DNA from: an uncultured delta proteobacterium
GTDB taxonomy: Bacteria > Desulfobacterota > Binatia > Binatales > Binataceae
Length of the DNA stretch: 64,000 nucleotides
Assembly (NCBI GenBank): GCA_963711565.1
Contig: CAVQEQ010000004.1
Coordinates: 160,001-224,000, forward strand
Direction of reading: 5' to 3'
The position numbers and the translations under genes were made by a program. Positions 48,052-57,435 of this stretch are shown here, one piece after another; the stretch's first letter is position 1, and each line of letters opens with the position of its first letter. The notes beneath the pieces were generated by a model that saw only the letters and a list, made by a program, of their open reading frames with translations, did not search any database and was not told where the DNA came from.

Positions 48052-48711
48052 TTACGCGGTGAGGCCCTTTCTTGCTTTGATCTCGTCCAGCAGGGCGTTG
48101 ATCTTCTGCTCGCGTTCCAGCATGTGAAGGCGGACGTCGAGGTCGTCGCCCAGCATCTCGCCCGTCGCCATGCCGAGAGCTTCTTCGCGCGCGACCTTGT
48201 GACGCATCCGCTCGAACGCGCCGTGTTCGGTGTCCGACGTGTGTTGCGCATTCGCCGCGCGATGCGTTGCGCGTGAACGCCGATGCTGAACGATCAGGAG
48301 GTCCGCCATCGCGCGGGCTTCTGAAAGCTTCAGCTCGAGTCTCTTCAATGCGGATTTCATCGACTCGACCTGCGTATGATGGTCTTCGATCTGCTGATCG
48401 TAATTCTCGGCCAGCACGTGGAAGCTCACCGCGCGCTCGAGCGCCGCACGCGCCAGTTGGTCGTCCTTCTTGTTGACGGCCAACTCAGCCTTGCGCATCC
48501 ACTCGGCATGCTTCGCGTTATTCTCGGCTTTCTTCTTTTCGAGCAGGTGCAGGTCGGCCAGCGCGATTGCGACTTGCGTCTTCACCTGCATGAACTGGTT
48601 TTCCATATCGAGAATCACCTGCTTGAGCATTTTCTCCGGATTCTCGGCCTTGTCGATCAGGTCATTGAGATTGGCCCGCACCAGGGTTGCTACACGATCC
48701 ATGAGTGCCAT
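48052..48711 (-). CDS. pspA: PspA/IM30-family protein
   Basis: 'RANLNDLIDKAENPEKML.Q.I.DME', 'LARAAL', 'AFERM..KV'. Confidence 0.92.
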   Translation of the reverse strand: MALMDRVATLVRANLNDLIDKAENPEKMLKQVILDMENQFMQVKTQVAIALADLHLLEKKKAENNAKHAEWMRKAELAVNKKDDQLARAALERAVSFHVLAENYDQQIEDHHTQVESMKSALKRLELKLSEARAMADLLIVQHRRSRATHRAANAQHTSDTEHGAFERMRHKVAREEALGMATGEMLGDDLDVRLHMLEREQKINALLDEIKARKGLTA

Positions 48712-48746
48712 AACGAACTCCTTGCCCGCATTGTCGCGAGCGCCTG

Positions 48747-50201
48747 CTACTTCGCCTTGTTGGTTCCGTCCGGAGGCGGTAGCCGATCCGGACGATCCGC
48801 CTTGTCGCCAATCATTTTGATCTTGCCGAGCAGGTCGGACATCTTCATGCCCGAGAGCGCTTCGAACAGCTCCGGCACTTGTGCGGCGATCTGAGTCAGG
48901 TCGCCGGTGATTTTGTTCAGGCCCGCGGAATCGCCGTTGCCGGTCGAGACCACTGTGATCCGATCGACATTGGCCAACGGACTCGCGAGAGCCTTCACCA
49001 CTTCCGGCAATCCTGTAATCAGCTTGTCCAGCACAGCCGCCTGGTTGTACTCCTGGTACGCCTCCGCCTTGACGTTCATCGCGCGCGCCTCGGCGTCGCC
49101 CTTCTTGAAAATGATTTCAGCTTCCGCTTCGCCTTGCGCGCGAATCGCGCTGGCGTGGCCCTCGGCCTCGACCATCGTCTTCGACTTGTCGGCCTCGGCC
49201 AGCGTCTGGATACGCTGCCGCTCGATCTCCGCCGGCTTCAGCACGGTGGCGATCAGCTCCTTCTCGCGGCGCAGGATTTCGGCCTCCTGCACCTTCACTT
49301 GCTGCTCCTTTTCCGCCTGCTGGACCTTTACCGACTCGACGATCACCTGCTGCTGCATCACGTTGGTCTGGATTTCGTACGCCTTGTCGGCCTGTGCCTG
49401 CTGGCGTTTGACCAACTCATTGTAGGTCGCTTTTTTCACATCGAGATCGCGCTGCGCTTCGGCCTGCCGCGCCATCGAGGCCGTCTCGGCCGCGACCCGC
49501 TCCTGGTCGGCCTGCGCCTTGGCGACCGCCGATTCTCTCAGCGCGATCGCGCGCTTGATCGCGGTGTCGCGATCAGCCTCAGCCGCCGCCACGTCCGCAT
49601 CGCGCTTGATCCTCACGATGTCGGGACGGCCCATGTTGGTGATGTAGTCGTTCTTGTCGCGCACTTCCTTGATAGTGAACGAGATCACTTCAAGGCCCAT
49701 CTTGTTAATGTCGTCGGCGCATGTGGAACGCATCCGATCGGCAACCATTTCGGGCTGCTTCACAATCTCTTCGACGGTGAGTTGGCCGATGATGCCACGT
49801 AAGTGGCCTTCCATCACGAGCCGAATCAGGGCCTCGCGATCGGCGGGCTCCTTGGTCAGAAATTGCTCCGCCGCCGTCAGGATCGACTCCGGATCGGACT
49901 TCACTTTGATCTGGGCGACGGCTTCCACCGTCACCGCGACACCTTGCTTGGTGTACAGGTCCTGTTGCGGCGCCACGTCGAACGACATCAGCTCGAGCGA
50001 CAGGCCGCGAACGTTTTCGACCATCGGCAGGATGACGGTGCCGTGACCTTTGATCACGCGCGTGCCGCGAAACCCGTACACGATAAGCGCCTCATGCGGT
50101 CCCGCCTTGCGATACAAATTTGCAAAGACGGCCATCAGCAGCAGGATAGCGGCTACTGCCGTCCCCACGATTACCAGCACATCGGTCGGTATTTGCGGCA
50201 T
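48747..50201 (-). CDS. Flotillin (SPFH domain) protein
   Basis: N-terminal TM, SPFH 'EGHLRGIIGQLTVEEI', AEA coiled coil, 'PLANVDRITV'. Confidence 0.92.
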   Translation of the reverse strand: MPQIPTDVLVIVGTAVAAILLLMAVFANLYRKAGPHEALIVYGFRGTRVIKGHGTVILPMVENVRGLSLELMSFDVAPQQDLYTKQGVAVTVEAVAQIKVKSDPESILTAAEQFLTKEPADREALIRLVMEGHLRGIIGQLTVEEIVKQPEMVADRMRSTCADDINKMGLEVISFTIKEVRDKNDYITNMGRPDIVRIKRDADVAAAEADRDTAIKRAIALRESAVAKAQADQERVAAETASMARQAEAQRDLDVKKATYNELVKRQQAQADKAYEIQTNVMQQQVIVESVKVQQAEKEQQVKVQEAEILRREKELIATVLKPAEIERQRIQTLAEADKSKTMVEAEGHASAIRAQGEAEAEIIFKKGDAEARAMNVKAEAYQEYNQAAVLDKLITGLPEVVKALASPLANVDRITVVSTGNGDSAGLNKITGDLTQIAAQVPELFEALSGMKMSDLLGKIKMIGDKADRPDRLPPPDGTNKAK

Positions 50202-50206
50202 GTTCG

Positions 50207-50611
50207 TTAATCCCCTTGTTGCAGTCGATTGTGAGACATTTGGGCAATGGTTCCGTTTGAACCAAGAATCTGCTCGATGGCCATCTCGGCGTTTTTCACT
50301 TCAACGATTATGCTGCTGTAAAATTGGCCCTCTATCTCCAGAGAGACAACGTCTTTCGATGATCTCCGGAGATCCAGGAATGCCCAGCGATGCGGTGAGC
50401 CAATCCAGTACGTTCCGACCGCCATCACTTGGGGGATTCCTGTGCCCAGCACGCGGATATCTGTCCGCCGGAACGTGGGCAACCCCGCAGTCGCACTGAT
50501 GCTCTTTATCGCACCTAGGGGGACGTCAACGCTGCTCTTCAGTCCGAGCAATTTGTCCCAGCCAAGTATCTCGACGTGAAGATCATTTCCCTTGACCGTT
50601 AGCTCAACCAT
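50207..50611 (-). CDS. Hypothetical protein (possible PH-like fold)
   Basis: 134-aa beta-rich ORF inside the operon; GGAG RBS; 'RVLGTGIP...VGTY'. Confidence 0.6.
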   Translation of the reverse strand: MVELTVKGNDLHVEILGWDKLLGLKSSVDVPLGAIKSISATAGLPTFRRTDIRVLGTGIPQVMAVGTYWIGSPHRWAFLDLRRSSKDVVSLEIEGQFYSSIIVEVKNAEMAIEQILGSNGTIAQMSHNRLQQGD

Positions 50612-50659
50612 TCGCGTACTCCAGTTTAGTCTGAACTAGTGCCAGCATTTTGCTTCGGG

Positions 50660-51277
50660 TCAGCGAGCTTCGTTTGTATGGCTATCCTGACGGTCATTGG
50701 CCATCTCTTCCCATCGACGGACGTAGGCGATGCCGTGTTCGTAGCGCGTCACAATTACTTCGGCGCCATGCGCTATCGCTTCGCCGTTTTCGCTGCGGGC
50801 GCCGCATGTTTGCCTCGTTCCCTCCTGCGAGAAAATGATTTCGCCGGTGCCTCCCATCCGGATTGCGCTGCTGACGCGGCCCAACACTCCAACGCGATCG
50901 TAGTCGGCCGGATCGAGTGCCTGATCGTGCGTCAGCAGGAATTTTACGATGAACCAGAAGACGAGCGTCGCGCCCGTCAGTCCCGCGACGATCGCCAGGA
51001 TCATAACCACCGTGACCAGCAGGCTCGAATGGCGTGTGAGCAGGTAGCCGGTGCCGCCGAACCATGCGAGGAACGCCGTGATCGTCGCGAAGTTGAACCA
51101 CGGCATCTCAGGCCCGCGACTTACTCCCGCATGCCCACCCACGCCGGGCGTAGCGACATGCCCGTGCGACAAATTGAAATGCACATGCGGCAAATGGATT
51201 GTGCCGCCGACAAACGCGAGGACGCTCAGAGTCACTCCCACGAGGAAACAGGTCAGATAGAACATTTCCCAGTTCAT
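50660..51277 (-). CDS. NfeD/YuaF-like membrane protein
   Basis: TM + His-rich loop + 'FLAWFGGTG' + OB-fold 'G..G.V...I..GGTGEI'; lies upstream of flotillin. Confidence 0.82.
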   Translation of the reverse strand: MNWEMFYLTCFLVGVTLSVLAFVGGTIHLPHVHFNLSHGHVATPGVGGHAGVSRGPEMPWFNFATITAFLAWFGGTGYLLTRHSSLLVTVVMILAIVAGLTGATLVFWFIVKFLLTHDQALDPADYDRVGVLGRVSSAIRMGGTGEIIFSQEGTRQTCGARSENGEAIAHGAEVIVTRYEHGIAYVRRWEEMANDRQDSHTNEAR

Positions 51278-51798
51278 AAGTTCCCTCCCGCCGATCGCTT
51301 CCTTGCGCCGTCTCGATGTGCCGATGAGCCGCCGGCGGGTCTAAGTACTTCACTCAGCCGATCGACCAGCTCGGGCGCCTCGAGGATCGCGCCTAACAGC
51401 ACGATGCATTTGCGGGTGTCGCGATGCCTCGCGATCAGGAGCATCGCGTGACTCAGCTCGGCGTCGCCGGCAAATTCCTCGGCGCCGTTTATCAGCCACA
51501 GGTCGAGCCGGTCCTGGGTGGCGCGGAGATCGCTGGTCAGCTCGGTATGGTAGCCCTCGGGATCATCGACCAGGTACCCGGGATGAACTTTGAAAAACCG
51601 CGCCAACATCATGCGCGACGAGTTGGTCAGATGCGGCCGCGCGCCGCTCTCGATCTGCGACAGGTAAGACTGGCTGAGACCCCCGCCCATTTCCTTTTTG
51701 AGCGCCCGCGCCAGATCCTGCTGGGTCATCTCGCGCCCAAGCCCGCGCAGCGTCCCTTCGACGAGTCGCAGATACCGAAGTTTTTCGCCAAGTTTCAT
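51274..51798 (-). CDS. XRE-family HTH transcriptional regulator
   Basis: 'LGEKLRYLR', 'MTQQDLA', 'LSQSYLSQIESG'. Confidence 0.87.
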   Translation of the reverse strand: MKLGEKLRYLRLVEGTLRGLGREMTQQDLARALKKEMGGGLSQSYLSQIESGARPHLTNSSRMMLARFFKVHPGYLVDDPEGYHTELTSDLRATQDRLDLWLINGAEEFAGDAELSHAMLLIARHRDTRKCIVLLGAILEAPELVDRLSEVLRPAGGSSAHRDGARKRSAGGNL

Positions 51799-51852
51799 TT
51801 GAGTTTGCCGCGCCGGACGCCCGGACTGAGCGCCCTGCGCGCTTATTATGAT

Positions 51853-51872
51853 TTGCAATTACTATATTGCAA
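51853..51872. promoter_or_regulatory. Palindromic operator overlapping the candidate promoter of the XRE-nfeD-flotillin-pspA operon
   Basis: TTGCAAT-N6-ATTGCAA in an AT-rich patch; minus strand TTGCAA-N16-CATAAT. Confidence 0.6.
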
Positions 51873-52040
51873 TCCGTTATGCAAACGTGGCGATGCCCTT
51901 GCGACGGCGCGAGAAAAAACCGCGCAGGCCCATCCTGAAACCTCGACCGTTATTTCACGGGAGAGGCGGCCGGCCGCATCGCGGCCGGTAGGTGAGGGTT
52001 CCGCGATTCAAGCTGCAACCGCGCGTCCGCGTCATTCTGA

Positions 52041-52076
52041 TCCCCTCTCCTGAAGGGAGAGGGGCTAGGGGTGAGG
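52041..52076. repeat. REP-like palindrome overlapping the GH38 stop codon
   Basis: CCCCTCTCC-TGAAG-GGAGAGGGG-CTAGGGGTGAGG. Confidence 0.6.
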
Positions 52077-54833
52077 TTCCGAGTTACGCACCTCGAACGT
52101 CACGATCTGAAACGGCCGCAGCTCCAGCTCCACGGAACCGTCGCGCCGCCGCTTCACCTTGACGCCCTTTAAATGCAGGCCCGCGAGATCCACCAGTCGG
52201 GCCTTGCGGCCGGTGCCGAAGCTGAAGCGCGCGGTCTCCGGCGATTCGGATGCGCTGAACGCGCGCACGATATACCCGCCGGCGCGTTCCGTCGCTCGCG
52301 CGGTCGAGAACGCCACTCGCGGATTGTCGCACGCGCATAGCCGATTCCCGGGAGCATCGAACCCCGAGCGCGCCTGGAACATGCGCGGCGGATACGCGTA
52401 CGCCTGGCTCAACTGAACGACGCCGGCGTCCGCGCACGAACCGCGCCAGGTCGTGACGGCGAATTGAAAACGATGCGTGCCGATTTCCTGTGCGTCAGGC
52501 GTTTCGAACTCCGGGCCCGCGTCGCCGCGCCGCATCTTCAAGTCCCCGCGCGATAGCCAGCCGACGCATCGCAACAGCGTCAACAGGATCGTCGCGCCGC
52601 CAACGTCGCGCCGCGCCTCGGTCTCATAGATTCCGCGGCTCATCACGGCCGCTGAAAACTCGGCGGACTCTACGGCGGTGAACGTCCGATGCGGCGCGGT
52701 CGCATAAACGTCCTCCGTCACGCCCGCCGGTTCGGTCGGATCCATCGAGCGCCGGACGATTCCGAAATTCGTGTCGGAGATCGATTCCGCCGCCACAATC
52801 GGCGTGGACAACGCGACGCGCAAGCGATGGTCGCGCGCGCGATTATCCATCTCCGCCTCGAAATCCACCCGCTCGAGTCCCGCGTAGATAGTGGCCGTAA
52901 GTTCTATCGGAACCTCGACGGTCTCCGCCGCGCGCGATTTACGATCTTTCGTCAGTGCACTCGGAAGATTGAGAACGATCGACAGCGCGATACGGCTGCG
53001 CACCGCTCCGCGCTCGACCACTCGCGCCGCGATCGATGCGGGCTTCGAGATCGGCGCCGAATCGGCGACCGGATCAAAGTTGTATTCATCGCCGCGATCG
53101 CCGTCGTCTTCGAAATAAATCTCAACCGGCTTGCCGTTCTTCAGATCGTCGATTTTCAAACCGCGCGGCGTCGGGCTCAGCCTGAAATATTCGTTCTCGA
53201 TCGATTCATTATCGCCAGGCGGACTCTCGACGGCTTCGTCCGCGCGAACGAGGCGATAGTGGCTGAATCCCGCCTGCGCGATCCCGTCGCCGACGAACGT
53301 GATTTGCGCCCGCGCCGCTGCCGTCGCTCGTATCCGAAGGATCGCGTCGTCAGGCACTTCGAGCATTCGCCGCCGAAAGCTGTGCGGATCAACGTCGCCC
53401 GAGGGAGCGCGGCTGACGAACATGCGCAGCTCGAATCGATTGTTACCGGCGCGTTCGAGCTCGAACCGGTTCACATACTGGCCCATCACCTGCGCCCCGG
53501 TGATCAAGCCCTTGAAGTCCGCGCCCTTGAGCTCGATTTCGAATGGGCGCGCCAAGCGTGCAACGTCGATCGCGACGGGAATCCTGCGCCCGTCGCTATC
53601 CACCGCGACGTAACTCGCGTGCGGATCCTCGACTTCGGTCTCACCGGTGACGAGCGCGCGGCGCGCGAACGTCGGATTGAACACCGCAGTCGCGGCCTCG
53701 CCGCCGTTTCGCGTCGATAGCACCGTGCTCGACGCCCGCCGCGCCACGATCTCGCCGATCATCGCCGCCTGGTCGAAGCGATAGCGCATGTCCTGATGGA
53801 CCTGGTCGATCGAGCATCCGCAGATCGAGTCGTGCGGATGGTTCTGAATCTCGGTGCGCCACGCAACTTCGAGCAGCGCGGTCAGGTCATCGGCTTGATT
53901 CAATCGAGAGGCGAGCGCGGTGAGCGGATCGGCAATCCGCTCGAGCAGGTACGAGTTCTGAAAATCGCGCTGCTTTATCCATGCGCGCGACGAGCTGACG
54001 CCGGGCGTGAGATTCGAACGCGCCGGCGATCGCAATTCTCCGCGGACGCGCGGCGTGCCGTCGAGCGGAAGCTCGCACAGCCGCTTCGCGTATTCGTCAA
54101 GCGTGCCGACTTCGGCGCTGAACGGCGCGCGTCCGTCCGCCTCCTTCAGCCGCGCGAAGACTGCCGCGTCGGGTTCCGCGTGATCGTTGCCGTTCATCAC
54201 CAGCATCGGCGCGCCGGCCGCGAATTCGCGTTCCCGCGCCGCAATCTCGCTCACTCGCGCGATTGTCGCGTCGGCCGAATCTGTGGGCAGGCTGGCACCG
54301 TTCGAGTAACCGAACGGCAAAAAGACCATGAACATCGAACTGCCGTCGAGCGCCTCCCAGATGAACCGATTGCGCTTCACTTCGCGGCCGACGCCGCGGA
54401 AGACTGCCCCGGCCTTCAGCCCGAAGCTCGACAGAATCTGCGGTAGCTGCGCCGCGTGACCGAATTGATCCGGCAAATATCCGGTCTCCGCCGACTTGCC
54501 GAAGCGCCGCGCGATCCGCGTGCCGATTTCGAGATTCCGAATCAGCGCCTCGCCGCTCGCGAGGAAGCTGTCCGCGAGCAGGTACCACGGGCCGATTTGC
54601 AGCTTGCCGGCTTTGACCAGCTTCGCGATTCGGCGCGCGCTGTCGGGCCGCACTTCGAGGTAATCCTCAAGCACGATCGTCTGGCCGTCGAAATGAAAGC
54701 AGGGGAGGGCGCCGCTCTCGAGCTGCGCGATCATCTTGTCCATCATCGTCAGCAGCCGCGCGCGCATCCGCTGAAACGGCTGATACCACTCGCGATCCCA
54801 ATGCGTGTGAACGACGAAATAAAGATGCTCCAT
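52065..54833 (-). CDS. GH38 alpha-mannosidase
   Basis: 'HTHWDREWY', 'DGQT', 'IGPWY', 'YLPDQFGH', 'MNGNDH', 'HDSICGCS'. True start ATG 54833. Confidence 0.92.
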   Translation of the reverse strand: MEHLYFVVHTHWDREWYQPFQRMRARLLTMMDKMIAQLESGALPCFHFDGQTIVLEDYLEVRPDSARRIAKLVKAGKLQIGPWYLLADSFLASGEALIRNLEIGTRIARRFGKSAETGYLPDQFGHAAQLPQILSSFGLKAGAVFRGVGREVKRNRFIWEALDGSSMFMVFLPFGYSNGASLPTDSADATIARVSEIAAREREFAAGAPMLVMNGNDHAEPDAAVFARLKEADGRAPFSAEVGTLDEYAKRLCELPLDGTPRVRGELRSPARSNLTPGVSSSRAWIKQRDFQNSYLLERIADPLTALASRLNQADDLTALLEVAWRTEIQNHPHDSICGCSIDQVHQDMRYRFDQAAMIGEIVARRASSTVLSTRNGGEAATAVFNPTFARRALVTGETEVEDPHASYVAVDSDGRRIPVAIDVARLARPFEIELKGADFKGLITGAQVMGQYVNRFELERAGNNRFELRMFVSRAPSGDVDPHSFRRRMLEVPDDAILRIRATAAARAQITFVGDGIAQAGFSHYRLVRADEAVESPPGDNESIENEYFRLSPTPRGLKIDDLKNGKPVEIYFEDDGDRGDEYNFDPVADSAPISKPASIAARVVERGAVRSRIALSIVLNLPSALTKDRKSRAAETVEVPIELTATIYAGLERVDFEAEMDNRARDHRLRVALSTPIVAAESISDTNFGIVRRSMDPTEPAGVTEDVYATAPHRTFTAVESAEFSAAVMSRGIYETEARRDVGGATILLTLLRCVGWLSRGDLKMRRGDAGPEFETPDAQEIGTHRFQFAVTTWRGSCADAGVVQLSQAYAYPPRMFQARSGFDAPGNRLCACDNPRVAFSTARATERAGGYIVRAFSASESPETARFSFGTGRKARLVDLAGLHLKGVKVKRRRDGSVELELRPFQIVTFEVRNSEPHP

Positions 54834-54850
54834 GAACCGCGCCTCGCCGC

Positions 54851-55810
54851 TTACAATCCCACCGCGACGCACAGCGCCGCAACATCGCCGATACGCTCGC
54901 CCAGCGCCGCCGCCACCACTTCGCACGACGCCGCCAACGTCGCCAACGCTTCGCGCATCATCACCTCGCGCGCGGGTCCCAGGATCATCTCGCCGGTGCG
55001 CATCGCGATCCCGCCAATCACAATGCGCTGCGGATTCAGAACGTCCACGAGGATCGCCAGCACCTGCCCGAGCCGCTCGCCCGTGGTGCGGACGATTCGC
55101 ATCGCGACGACGTCGCCATGCTTCGCCGCCGCGCAAACGTCGCGCGCCGTCAGCGTCCCGCGATGCGCCCTCAGCGTCGTGCTGCGCCCGCGCTTGCGCG
55201 CATCCGCGACCGCTCGCATCGCGACCTGCGCCATCCCGCCGCCGCTCGCCCATCCTTCGACTGAACCGCGCTTGTGATATCCGATCGGGCCGCCGCGCGT
55301 GAGCCGCACGTGCCCGATCTCGCCCGCGAGATCGTCAGTGCCGTGATAGAGCCGCCCATCGACGATAATTCCCGCGCCGAGTCCCGTGCCCATCGTCAGG
55401 AAGATCATGTTGCCGACGCCGCGCCCGGCGCCGTACCGATGCTCCGCGACGGCCCCGGCGTTCGCGTCGTTCTCGACGTTGCATCGAACGCCGAATTGCC
55501 GCTCGAGAATTGCCTTGATTGGAATATCGATCCACGTCGCCAGATTCGGCGGCGCCTGGATAGTCCCGCTGATTCGATCGAGCGGCCCGCCGCAACTGAC
55601 GCCGATTCCGCGGATCGCCGATTTCGCAAGCCCGCGCTTCTTCAGCAGCGTGTCGATTCCTTTACCGATCAGATCGAGCGCGCGCTCGGGCCCTTTTGCG
55701 GGAAGCGTCGCGAACTGAAGCCGCTCGCTGACCTCGGGCAGCCGCCGCGAAACGACGATCGCCGTCTTCGTGCCGCCGATATCGACACCAATCCATACTT
55801 TTGCGGGCAC
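54851..55810 (-). CDS. ROK-family sugar kinase
   Basis: 'GVDIGGTK', 'ENDANA', 'GTGLGAG', 'AGEIGH'. No HTH and no CxCG Zn motif. Confidence 0.9.
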   Translation of the reverse strand: MPAKVWIGVDIGGTKTAIVVSRRLPEVSERLQFATLPAKGPERALDLIGKGIDTLLKKRGLAKSAIRGIGVSCGGPLDRISGTIQAPPNLATWIDIPIKAILERQFGVRCNVENDANAGAVAEHRYGAGRGVGNMIFLTMGTGLGAGIIVDGRLYHGTDDLAGEIGHVRLTRGGPIGYHKRGSVEGWASGGGMAQVAMRAVADARKRGRSTTLRAHRGTLTARDVCAAAKHGDVVAMRIVRTTGERLGQVLAILVDVLNPQRIVIGGIAMRTGEMILGPAREVMMREALATLAASCEVVAAALGERIGDVAALCVAVGL

Positions 55811-55896
55811 GCGCGCTCGCCCTCGACGCTCTAGCAGCGCGCAAGCTGTATCAAACGCCCGGCTGTTTCACCAGCCGCCGCGGTAGGGTAATCAGC

Positions 55897-57417
55897 ATGG
55901 CACTGATGATGCGCGCTTCGCGAAAGATCTCTCGACAGATTGTCGCCGCCGCATCGGCGCTTTTCTTCAGCGCGCTCACTCCGGTCGCGCACGCGCAGAT
56001 GACGCCGGCCTGTTCCGCCTCCGAATCGAGCGGCGAATACTGCGTTGGCGCGTCGCGGCGCGAAATCACTCCGACCTCGCCGGTCTATCTCGGCGGTTAC
56101 GGCTTCGGTCCCGTCCGGCGCTCGACCGGGGTAATGAGCCCGATCTACGCGCGCGCAATCGCCATCTCGCGCGGTGACAAGACCGTGGTCTTCTGTGCGA
56201 TCGATACGCAAGGCCATTTCCTCGCCTACCAGGGGGACGACGCGCCGTATGGCGCCGCGGACATTCGCCGCCGCGTGTCGAAAGACACCGGCATTCCCGC
56301 AAGCGCGATCATCATCGCCAGCACTCATGATCATTCGGGGCCCGACGACATCGGAGTATGGGGCGGTCTGCCGCCGGCGTACTTGAACTTCGTCGCCGAC
56401 CAGGCCGTCGCCGCAATCGAATCCAGTGTGCGTGGCGAACGGTCCGCATCGCTTTACTCAGGCGAGATTAATACCGCGCCGTCCCATCTCCTGCGGAGCC
56501 TGCTGCCGGGCTATCCGATCGACACGAAACTGCGCGTGATATTCGCGAGAGGTTCCGACGGCGCGCCGTTCGCGACGCTGATTAATTTCAGCGCCCACGT
56601 CACCGCGCTCGGCAAGGACAATGCGCAGATTTCGCCGGATTGGCCCGGAGCGGCTCTGGAAGCCATCGAGAAAGCTAACCCAGGCTCGACGGCGCTCGTG
56701 ATGGTCGCCTCGGTCGGACGCACCTTGCCCGACCTCAAGGCGATCGGCGCCCGCGGTCCATCGGCCGCCCAAACCTACGGCGCGACCGTCGCGAGGCTCG
56801 CACTCGTTGCCGAGGCCCTCGCGGTGAAAGTTGACGGCCCGATCGCGACCGCCGAAACCATCCTCGAAGAGCCGGCCGAAAATTCCGTGCTCGTGAGCCT
56901 GATGACCTCCGGCAAAGTCGGCGTGGACCGCGTGATGCGCTCGAATCGCGAACCTTACATGGCCGCCGACAGAAGCAAGGTCCGCACGGTCGTGGGCGCG
57001 ATACGAATCGGCAATCTCTTCTTCGCCGCCGTGCCGGGCGAGTCCTTTCCCGAAACGCAAATGGCGCTCGAGGCCCGCGTCGCCGCGGACGGACACTACC
57101 TCTTCTCCCTCGCCGACGATCAGCTCGGCTACGACCCGCCGCCCTACGAATTGGGCATGGTCGAGTTCGCCAGCCCGCTCGACGAGGGACTGTTCATCAT
57201 CAATTCTCGTTTCGGTACCGACGTTACGCGCACGCTGCTGGTACAGGCGCGCGCACTCGGCTTTACAGTTTCCGATACAGGCTATACAGGTGACGAGGCC
57301 CGCGAAGCCCGCGGCTTGGTTGATTCAATTGACGGGACGATCGGAATGGTCGAGGAACCTATCGCCCGCCGGCTCATCCCGCTGATGCTCTGGCTGGGAT
57401 ACGATCGCTTTCACTGA
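55897..57417 (+). CDS. Secreted neutral/alkaline ceramidase-like metallohydrolase
   Basis: Signal peptide 'AHA'; 'LGGYG', 'YARA', 'STHDHSGPD', 'NFSAH', 'SPDWPG', 'VPGE'. Confidence 0.7.
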   Translation: MALMMRASRKISRQIVAAASALFFSALTPVAHAQMTPACSASESSGEYCVGASRREITPTSPVYLGGYGFGPVRRSTGVMSPIYARAIAISRGDKTVVFCAIDTQGHFLAYQGDDAPYGAADIRRRVSKDTGIPASAIIIASTHDHSGPDDIGVWGGLPPAYLNFVADQAVAAIESSVRGERSASLYSGEINTAPSHLLRSLLPGYPIDTKLRVIFARGSDGAPFATLINFSAHVTALGKDNAQISPDWPGAALEAIEKANPGSTALVMVASVGRTLPDLKAIGARGPSAAQTYGATVARLALVAEALAVKVDGPIATAETILEEPAENSVLVSLMTSGKVGVDRVMRSNREPYMAADRSKVRTVVGAIRIGNLFFAAVPGESFPETQMALEARVAADGHYLFSLADDQLGYDPPPYELGMVEFASPLDEGLFIINSRFGTDVTRTLLVQARALGFTVSDTGYTGDEAREARGLVDSIDGTIGMVEEPIARRLIPLMLWLGYDRFH

Positions 57418-57435
57418 ATTTCGGATTCACGGGGA

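Noticed and set aside
54834-55253. N-terminal extension of the GH38 ORF or a ROK-GH38 fusion
   Set aside because: It is a shadow frame over the ROK gene, which has its own stop at 54851.
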